Source: a virus
Length of the DNA stretch: 5,023 nucleotides
Virus record (IMG/VR): IMGVR_UViG_3300045988_024066
Strand: one strand, 5' to 3'
A model generated the notes under the pieces. The model was not told the DNA's origin and did no database searches. It worked only from the letters and a program-made list of their open reading frames with translations. Position 1 is the stretch's first letter. Each line of letters begins with the position of its first letter. The translations under genes were made by a program, and so were the position numbers. Of this stretch, positions 1 to 4,478 are shown piece after piece.

Positions 1-99
1 ATTTTTTTTCCGTTGATAACAATATAATCATTGGAATAACATTCTTCACCATGTTCTTCGAGCCATTTAGCACCTATCCCAGGGCGATTGGACGCAACC
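1..99 (+). repeat. Left copy of the exact 99-nt terminal direct repeat (circular assembly overlap)
   Basis: Compared base by base: 1-99 (attttttttccgttgataac...gattggacgcaacc) equals 4925-5023 with no mismatch. The repeat lies inside the VP4 coding sequence. Confidence 0.97.
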
Positions 100-716
100 A
101 TGAACTCAGGAATGCGGCCTTTATAGTGAGAAGGAGCATCTTTACCTGTCTGCTTTTTAACTATATAACGAGCGACATAGGCAGCAGAATCAAAGCTAAA
201 CTCACCAATAAGATGCATACCGTATTTCCATACTTTGGCAAAACGAGAAGAAGTATAAGTATTATAACCGTCTGAACGGAACCGAAAAATTTTGTCATCA
301 AAATCAATATTAAACAAAATGTAATGATAATGGGGACGACCATGAAGTTCACCATATTCACCACAGCCAAGAAAGCGAATACCACTGCCATACTCACGTC
401 GAAGATTCTTCATAAATGTCTGATGAAATTTCTTACTCAAGCTTTTATCACATGGCATATGATAATCATCAAAAGTGCAAGTAACGAAATAAGCAGAAGA
501 CGAAGAACGGGCTTCGTGAACAGCACGGACAGCCCACTGTCTGCTATTTTCGAGACGACAGCCAATACATTGTTTACAAGAACAACGAATGAAACGGCTA
601 TCGCCAGCAAGCTCAGGGTGAGAGGCAAGGCTACCGTAAAAACTATAATGTTGTTTTCCATTCTTGGTAACCGCTCCTTCAACTGGATACATAAGAATAG
701 GATTATAACAAACCAT
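1..716 (-). CDS. VP4: Replication initiation protein VP4 (HUH rolling-circle endonuclease), codons 1-239; continues across the circular junction into 4924..4729
   Basis: Absent from the ORF track because it runs off the window edge. My translation from ATG 716..714 is MVCYNPILMYPVEGAVTKNGKQHYSFYGSLASHPELAGDSRFIRCSCKQCIGCRLENSRQWAVRAVHEARSSSSAYFVTCTFDDYHMPCDKSLSKKFHQTFMKNLRREYGSGIRFLGCGEYGELHGRPHYHYILFNIDFDD...SAAYVARYIVKKQTG...EFMVASNRPGIGAKWLEEHGEECYSNDYIVINGKK, with no stop down to position 1. Motifs: Cys cluster CSCKQCIGCRL; HUH motif H-Y-H at 332..324; two-tyrosine motif YVARY at 179..165, like YVAKY in phiX174 gpA. SD AGGTGA at 727..722 lies 5 nt upstream of the ATG. Confidence 0.93.
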   Translation of the reverse strand, partial: MVCYNPILMYPVEGAVTKNGKQHYSFYGSLASHPELAGDSRFIRCSCKQCIGCRLENSRQWAVRAVHEARSSSSAYFVTCTFDDYHMPCDKSLSKKFHQTFMKNLRREYGSGIRFLGCGEYGELHGRPHYHYILFNIDFDDKIFRFRSDGYNTYTSSRFAKVWKYGMHLIGEFSFDSAAYVARYIVKKQTGKDAPSHYKGRIPEFMVASNRPGIGAKWLEEHGEECYSNDYIVINGKK

Positions 717-733
717 ATTAATCACCTGTACCG

Positions 734-762
734 ATTGTATCAGGATTAAATCAGAATGTCAA
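734..762 (-). promoter_or_regulatory. Sigma70-like promoter upstream of VP4: TTGACA-N17-TACAAT with a TGn extended -10
   Basis: The minus strand reads TTGACA (762..757), a 17-nt spacer TTCTGATTTAATCCTGA, then TACAAT (739..734). The spacer ends in TGA, giving a TGn extended -10. The site sits in the short gap before the VP4 SD and start, and the -35 box overlaps the TGA stop of the Arg-rich ORF. The predicted transcription start near 729-727 would leave a very short leader. Confidence 0.5.
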
Positions 763-869
763 ATCCTAAATCCACCTCGTCCTACTCTTTTAAAATTTCT
801 ACGACGAGATTTGGAGGTACGCCGGAAAAGACGACGAGAACCTCGTTTAGATAAGCGACGTCGCCTCAT
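759..869 (-). CDS. 36-aa arginine-rich basic protein, probable DNA-binding/packaging protein (analogue of gokushovirus ORF8 and phiX174 J)
   Basis: Too short for the ORF track. The minus strand reads ATG AGG CGA CGT CGC TTA TCT AAA CGA GGT TCT CGT CGT CTT TTC CGG CGT ACC TCC AAA TCT CGT CGT AGA AAT TTT AAA AGA GTA GGA CGA GGT GGA TTT AGG ATT TGA, which is MRRRRLSKRGSRRLFRRTSKSRRRNFKRVGRGGFRI. That is 15 Arg plus 3 Lys in 36 residues, with no acidic residues. SD GGAGGG (882..877) lies 7 nt upstream. The start overlaps the stop of the upstream ORF as ATGA. Confidence 0.75.
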   Translation of the reverse strand: MRRRRLSKRGSRRLFRRTSKSRRRNFKRVGRGGFRI

Positions 870-1105
870 TTAGCATCCCTCCAAGAACCGAAAAAACGGC
901 TAGTTTTTTTAGAATCATTCTTATTAGCAACTGGCTCAACAAGTTGAGCAACATCGGTTTGAAAATCCGAAGCAACCTTTTTAGCAGTAACAGTATTCGA
1001 AGTAGCTTTACCTTTCAGAGCTTCAATAAGGTCAACGACCTCCTGAATAAAAGGAACTACAACAGTAACAATAAAAGTAAGAATCATAGTAGTTTTGTTA
1101 GACAC
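866..1105 (-). CDS. Hypothetical 79-aa protein with one N-terminal transmembrane-like segment (family not recognised)
   Basis: GTG start at 1105 follows AAAGGAG (GGAG at 1116..1113) with a 7-nt spacer. T-ending codon bias matches the neighbouring genes. A hydrophobic stretch TTMILTFIVTVVVPFI is followed by a hydrophilic, charged tail. The ORF fills the space between VP2 and the Arg-rich gene, and its TGA stop overlaps the next ATG. Confidence 0.7.
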   Translation of the reverse strand: MSNKTTMILTFIVTVVVPFIQEVVDLIEALKGKATSNTVTAKKVASDFQTDVAQLVEPVANKNDSKKTSRFFGSWRDAK

Positions 1106-1117
1106 ATTAACACTCCT

Positions 1118-1804
1118 TTACTTAAACAAATAGCCAATACCACGAAGAACGTGACCAAGGCCAGAGTTACCAACACCTAAAGAATCATAAAAATCAGCTT
1201 CCTGTTTAGAAAGGCGAGTATTTTGCTCAGAGAAAGATGCGGCAGAATTAGACTGATTGGCTGAAGCCAAGTTAGAAATTATACCTGATTGAAGATAAGA
1301 ACCTTGAAGCCTTAAATTCTGAAGTTCCTGATCCATGCGCTGAAGCTCATAACCAAGACGTTTTTCATATGTCTGCTCAGCAAGATTTAAATGGTTAGCT
1401 TTGATACCATTATCAATAACTATACCATTGGTCGCCTGACGCGTAGAATCAGCCTCTGCGACGTTTTTTTCAATTTGAGATACTGCAAGATGCTCAGCAT
1501 TCTTAGCCTGTCTCATAGCGGCGTTAGAGCTACGAGCAGAGTTCATATTACTTCCTATATCGCTCATACCTACAGAAGCGGCCGAAGCTCCGGATATAGA
1601 ACCGCCAATACCATTAGTCGCGGCCAAGATAGGATTAAGACCAGCAGCGTGCATATCTTCTACAGCCCATTGATAGCGATGTTTATAGTTTTCAACATTC
1701 CATTCATTAGCCTGAGCAGCATTAGCAGAGTTATACTTATTTTGAACACTAGAACCTAAAACAGAGCCGACAACAGAACCTAAAGTATCACCTAACCACG
1801 ACAT
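1118..1804 (-). CDS. VP2: Minor capsid / DNA pilot protein VP2
   Basis: 228-aa ORF directly after VP1. SD TAAGGAG overlaps the VP1 stop and lies 8 nt upstream of ATG 1804. It has a Gly/Ser-rich N-terminus. The motif YQWAVEDMHAAGLNPILAA matches the conserved DM.AAGLNP.LA signature I recall from gokushovirus VP2 proteins. The C-terminal half is Q/N/L-rich and looks coiled-coil-like. Confidence 0.85.
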   Translation of the reverse strand: MSWLGDTLGSVVGSVLGSSVQNKYNSANAAQANEWNVENYKHRYQWAVEDMHAAGLNPILAATNGIGGSISGASAASVGMSDIGSNMNSARSSNAAMRQAKNAEHLAVSQIEKNVAEADSTRQATNGIVIDNGIKANHLNLAEQTYEKRLGYELQRMDQELQNLRLQGSYLQSGIISNLASANQSNSAASFSEQNTRLSKQEADFYDSLGVGNSGLGHVLRGIGYLFK

Positions 1805-1816
1805 AATATCAACTCC

Positions 1817-3526
1817 TTAAAAATGGTCAACAAGGCCAGGTGTTCCAAACATAGGCATAGGCCGCACAGTAGTATAGCGGAAGCCTATATCAAGCAAGAA
1901 TTCAGGCTCACTGGGAACGGCTATAATGCGATTAATAGGCGGTTTATCAATTATAAACTCCTCGTTGAGAGTAGGAGCATTTTGGAAAAACTGCGAAAGA
2001 TGCCATTTATCCAAGGTACCGCCAGTTACAGAACTGCGGAATTTACCAGTGATTTGTGAAGGCTTATAGCGATATTCGGCATAACGTTCCTGATAACCAA
2101 AAACAGAAGTATCAGCTTCGACACCCTGAGCATAGATCTCACGAAGTTCAATAGCCTGTTCACCAAGATGTGCGAAGGTTGGCCAGTAAAAATCATAAAC
2201 TGTAGAACGAAGCCACATTTTATTAATGCCTTGCTGGTAAGTAAGATCAGCACGGGCACAAACAAAGCCTATAATATAACCATGCTCAACAAAGGATTTA
2301 GTAAATCCATGGAATTTAGATGCAGTAACGCCATAAGCAGAGAGGTTACCTTGCGGAGAGGTATTGTCAGTTGCGGAAGTCTGAGCTATAGGATTTACCA
2401 TTACCATTTTGGTAAAAGAACCAAGGAACTCGGGACGCTGAAGCCGAGCATCAGGAGAAACTACACCAAAGAAAGAGCGAAGCACCTCTGTATAGCGAGT
2501 ACCTCCACGAGCAAGACGTTCATAAAACTTCTGCATCTGAAAAGCAGTACGCAGAGAGTTTATAGTGGCGCCAGATATGGATTCAAGATCAGCATAAGCG
2601 AATCGATTCAAATCAACGAGGCTTTGGTTGGTCTGGTCATACTCATAAACCTCGTGAGGCCAGTTGCCATCAGTTTCTCGGGTCATAAGTCTACCAGCAT
2701 TATTGATTTCCTTAACGGGAGGCATATTAGAAATATGTACGCCTTGAGAATCATAAACAAAAGCATTACCAGTCAAAGGAACTTGTACTCCAGGTCCTTT
2801 TTGAGTCCAAGGAAAGGCAGAAGTAAAGTAATCATGACGTTTGCCACGAGGAGGACAAGCAAAGCCAGGAACTATAGTAGTTCCTTCAGAGAACAGCCAA
2901 GAAGGCTGATTGCTAAGACGAGAAGAATCTAAAACCTCATTAGCATCACCTTTTTGAATCTTTACAGACTTCTGCAGATTCTCATCTCTAAACCATTCGT
3001 TGTAAATAAGATAAACACTACGAAACGGGAGAGCACTAATTTCTGACAAGGTGCCAGTAGTATTTACAGGCAAGCCAAAATAATCCCAAAGAGAACCAAC
3101 ATAAGCGTTATCACTATTACCAGAAGCAGTGACGGTAGGGATAACATAATCAGTGCTGTCATCAGGGTCTTCCTGCTCAAAGCAGAAATTCTGCCAATGT
3201 TCCCAAACAAGACGATTGGGAACAAAAAAGAAAAACCAATCGAGATAAATATTATCCATAATAGGTTTAACAGGAGTTGCAAGGCGAGCAAAATAATTAA
3301 CAGACATACGAGTAGTATCGCCAGGAAGAACTTCATCGACAAATACAGGTATAAGCTTGCCTGAATTAAAAGTAGTTTTATATACATGAGAGCGATCAAA
3401 CTTTGTCCTTCGCATATACATCGCAGGAGCATCGCTGAAGCGATGTCCTCGAACTCTTATTTTACGAGCCAAATTTTCACCTTCTTTTAAGACTGTAAAC
3501 CCAAGAATTATCCTAAAGCAAATCAT
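1817..3526 (-). CDS. VP1: Major capsid protein VP1 (phage F-type capsid protein, gokushovirus type)
   Basis: This is the longest ORF (569 codons from ATG 3526). It contains the gokushovirus VP1 signatures HRFSDAPAMYMRRTKFDRSHVYKTTFNSGKLIPVFVDEVLPGDT, PRGKRHDYFTSAFPWTQKG and ATINSLRTAFQMQKFYERLARGGTRYTEVLRSFFGVVSPDARLQRPEFLG. ATG 3526 has no SD. An in-frame TTG at 3472..3470 follows GAAGGTG by 5 nt and is the more likely true start, giving 551 aa. Confidence 0.95.
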   Translation of the reverse strand: MICFRIILGFTVLKEGENLARKIRVRGHRFSDAPAMYMRRTKFDRSHVYKTTFNSGKLIPVFVDEVLPGDTTRMSVNYFARLATPVKPIMDNIYLDWFFFFVPNRLVWEHWQNFCFEQEDPDDSTDYVIPTVTASGNSDNAYVGSLWDYFGLPVNTTGTLSEISALPFRSVYLIYNEWFRDENLQKSVKIQKGDANEVLDSSRLSNQPSWLFSEGTTIVPGFACPPRGKRHDYFTSAFPWTQKGPGVQVPLTGNAFVYDSQGVHISNMPPVKEINNAGRLMTRETDGNWPHEVYEYDQTNQSLVDLNRFAYADLESISGATINSLRTAFQMQKFYERLARGGTRYTEVLRSFFGVVSPDARLQRPEFLGSFTKMVMVNPIAQTSATDNTSPQGNLSAYGVTASKFHGFTKSFVEHGYIIGFVCARADLTYQQGINKMWLRSTVYDFYWPTFAHLGEQAIELREIYAQGVEADTSVFGYQERYAEYRYKPSQITGKFRSSVTGGTLDKWHLSQFFQNAPTLNEEFIIDKPPINRIIAVPSEPEFLLDIGFRYTTVRPMPMFGTPGLVDHF

Positions 3527-3548
3527 TCTTAGGTTTTAGTTTATTTTT

Positions 3549-3597
3549 GCGTCACCTACGCCAGTTACATCAAGTAAGTAACTGGCTTCGGTGACGC
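3549..3597. other. Long intergenic hairpin between VP3 and VP1 (8-bp outer stem, 3x3 internal loop, 9-bp inner stem, 9-nt loop)
   Basis: Outer stem: gcgtcacc (3549-3556) pairs with ggtgacgc (3590-3597). Inner stem: gccagttac (3560-3568) pairs with gtaactggc (3578-3586). Loop: atcaagtaa. The hairpin starts 1 nt after the VP3 stop on the coding strand. A T5 run follows the hairpin only on the plus (antisense) strand (3601-3605). On the coding strand it is followed by AAAAATAAAC. Confidence 0.6.
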
Positions 3598-4080
3598 CTA
3601 TTTTTGTGTTTCTTGATTATTTGATTCTAAAGTGTTAATTTTTTCTTTTGTTTGTTCACTACTTACGGACTGTTGTTGTTCGTCGAAGGATAATTTACCA
3701 CCGTACAAACCTTCTCGTTGGAGATATTCGAGCGTATTAGGATCATTCAATTGGTTGACGAAATTAATAGGATCATGACCAAATTTAGCACGAACGTATG
3801 CGGGTAAACTATAGAATTCTTCACGAACTCCAGATACAAGCTCGAGAGCTGTACTGTAGTCGCCAGGGAGCGTTGCATCTCCGAACTGCAAGTAAGCGTA
3901 TTGCGAAGTATCGCCGAGATCTAAAGTAGCTACACCTTTTTGACCATCTGCAAACTTATTTACGATGTAGTTAATATCGCTCTCGTCCTTTTCGTCCTGA
4001 GAAGTAAGAGAAGGCATAGTAAACACAATGCCACAGTGATCATGTTCCTCTTCAGGATCATAGGCAGATCTAAACTTCAT
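3598..4080 (-). CDS. VP3: Internal scaffolding protein VP3
   Basis: 160-aa acidic ORF with a near-perfect SD, AAGGAGGTG (GGAGGTG at 4092..4086), 5 nt upstream of ATG 4080. The N-terminus MKFRSAYD, and the motifs SLTSQDEKDESDINYIVNKF and LPAYVRAKFGHDPINFVNQLNDP, resemble the conserved blocks of Chlamydia-phage-type VP3 scaffold proteins. It lies immediately upstream of VP1. Confidence 0.85.
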   Translation of the reverse strand: MKFRSAYDPEEEHDHCGIVFTMPSLTSQDEKDESDINYIVNKFADGQKGVATLDLGDTSQYAYLQFGDATLPGDYSTALELVSGVREEFYSLPAYVRAKFGHDPINFVNQLNDPNTLEYLQREGLYGGKLSFDEQQQSVSSEQTKEKINTLESNNQETQK

Positions 4081-4095
4081 AATTTCACCTCCTTT

Positions 4096-4128
4096 CGTAC
4101 GCGCCTAGACGCGGCGGGCGTAGCGTAC
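4096..4128. other. GC-rich imperfect palindrome with alternative pairing registers, just upstream of the VP3 ribosome-binding site
   Basis: The 33 nt cgtacgcgcctagacgcggcgggcgtagcgtac are about 73 percent GC by my count, in an otherwise AT-rich genome. The left arm GTACGC (4097-4102) can pair with GCGTAC (4123-4128). Shifted by one nt (TACGC, 4098-4102), it can pair instead with the adjacent tandem copy GCGTA (4118-4122). GCC/GGC (4103-4105 with 4113-4115) is a further option. Confidence 0.5.
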
Positions 4129-4159
4129 AAAAAAAGGGCGATCTCTTTTGAGATCGTCC
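4129..4159 (-). terminator. Rho-independent terminator after the VP4/ORF93/VP5 block (bidirectional architecture)
   Basis: The coding strand reads GGACGATCTC AAAA GAGATCGCCC TTTTTTT. That is a 10-position stem (7 perfect bp, then one A-C mismatch, then 2 GC pairs), an AAAA loop and a T7 tail (4135..4129). On the plus strand the same element has a G-T wobble, a TTTT loop and a T5 tail (4160-4164), preceded by A7. It lies about 28 nt after the VP5-like stop. Confidence 0.6.
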
Positions 4160-4183
4160 TTTTTATGATACGCTCTTTACTAG

Positions 4184-4210
4184 ATTATCACTGGGTAGAA
4201 ATATTGTCAA
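4184..4210 (-). promoter_or_regulatory. Weak candidate sigma70-like promoter: TTGACA-N15-GATAAT
   Basis: The minus strand reads TTGACA (4210..4205), a 15-nt spacer, then GATAAT (4189..4184), which overlaps the TGA TAA double stop of the VP5-like gene. The short spacer, and the terminator hairpin only about 20 nt downstream of the predicted start, both count against it. Confidence 0.3.
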
Positions 4211-4478
4211 CATTTTGAACATAATCTACGGCGTGACCAACCAATACAGGAACGCGGGATTCGTCAGAATGTTCAAGATAGTAACGGCCATCAGTATCGC
4301 CAAGGTTACCGACATAATAAAGACTAAAATCTTCAGGATATTTACAAATAAGCATTTTATCATCATTAACAATAGCTTCAAAACCTCTCAAAGCAAGCAT
4401 ATCATTGTGATAAACCTGAGGAGGACTGAATTGCTCAGCCTTAGAATCATAAATTGAATAAAGTCTCAGTGTCAACAT
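4188..4478 (-). CDS. VP5: VP5-like small non-structural protein (gokushovirus ORF5 family, proposed role in ssDNA synthesis/packaging)
   Basis: 96-aa ORF. LYSIYDSKAEQFSPPQ...ALRGFEAIVNDD...KYPEDFSLYYVGNLGDTDG matches the pattern I recall for Chlamydia-phage and Bdellovibrio-phage VP5: (F/Y)(S/T)(V/I)(F/Y)D.K, A.R.F...VN, PED(F/Y).L(F/Y)..G..D..(T)G. AAAGGAG abuts ATG 4478 with zero spacing, so the exact start is a little uncertain. The ORF overlaps the end of ORF93 by 32 nt. Confidence 0.8.
   Translation of the reverse strand: MLTLRLYSIYDSKAEQFSPPQVYHNDMLALRGFEAIVNDDKMLICKYPEDFSLYYVGNLGDTDGRYYLEHSDESRVPVLVGHAVDYVQNVDNISTQ

Noticed and set aside
1-99. Terminal direct repeat read as a biological terminal redundancy, LTR or att duplication
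   Set aside because: The repeat is exact, ends precisely at both window edges, sits inside an uninterrupted coding frame and restores a complete Rep gene when the sequence is circularised. That is the signature of assembling a circular genome, not of a mobile-element boundary.
324-749. 141-aa plus-strand ORF, together with the other plus-strand ORFs (51..275, 944..1180, 1391..1759, 1823..2059, 3940..4218, 4215..4457, 4519..4716)
   Set aside because: Each is antisense to a well-supported minus-strand gene (VP4, ORF79, VP2, VP1, VP3, VP5-like, ORF93). Their compositions are odd and none has a ribosome-binding site. Microviruses transcribe one strand only, as far as is known.
781-860. Repeated acgacgag / cgtcg strings that look like short tandem repeats
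   Set aside because: They are the antisense of consecutive CGT/CGA arginine codons in the 36-codon basic protein gene, so coding content explains them.
1804-1812. TTGATATTA on the coding strand at the VP1/VP2 junction, identical to 9 nt of the phiX174 origin core (CAACTTGATATTAATAAC) including the TG/AT nick site
   Set aside because: This is a 9-nt AT-rich match found by sliding a 30-nt origin over 4.9 kb. My rough estimate is a few tenths of an occurrence by chance under uniform composition, and more in AT-rich DNA. The flanks do not match, and the sequence doubles as the SD-to-ATG spacer of VP2. It is not enough to call an origin, though it could be revisited if Rep nicking assays are done.
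2168-2932. 254-aa plus-strand ORF, the longest plus-strand ORF in the track
   Set aside because: It lies entirely antisense to VP1, whose identity is secure. Its translation is low-complexity and rich in Arg, Ser, Lys and Ile, with no recognisable motif and no SD before the start. It looks like an antisense shadow of a long gene with biased codon usage.
3064-3432. 122-aa very hydrophobic minus-strand ORF nested in VP1, and similar ORFs at 161..397, 2026..2265 and 4713..4997
   Set aside because: All are in the +1 frame of VP1 or VP4. T-rich third codon positions in the host gene become second positions in that frame, which produces Leu/Ile/Phe/Val-rich sequence and depletes stop codons. None has a convincing SD (161..397 starts at GTG with none; 3432 has only a distant GAGGA). 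I treat them as compositional artefacts. Only the 437..682 case is kept, as a weak hypothesis, because of its AAGGAG.
4081-4187. Searched the main intergenic region for a dif-like XerC/XerD site, of the kind lysogenic enterobacterial gokushoviruses use to integrate
   Set aside because: By eye I found nothing resembling the E. coli dif core (GGTGCGCATAATGTATATTATGTTAAAT) or the Bacillus-type equivalent, here or elsewhere. This is a negative result from visual inspection only. A motif scan against dif sites from many hosts would be needed to exclude it.
4470-4475. Fourth TTGACA on the coding strand, at codons 2-3 of the VP5-like gene
   Set aside because: No -10-like hexamer lies 15-19 nt downstream (TTATGA and TTTATG are the best available). 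It is within coding sequence, so it is probably coincidental.
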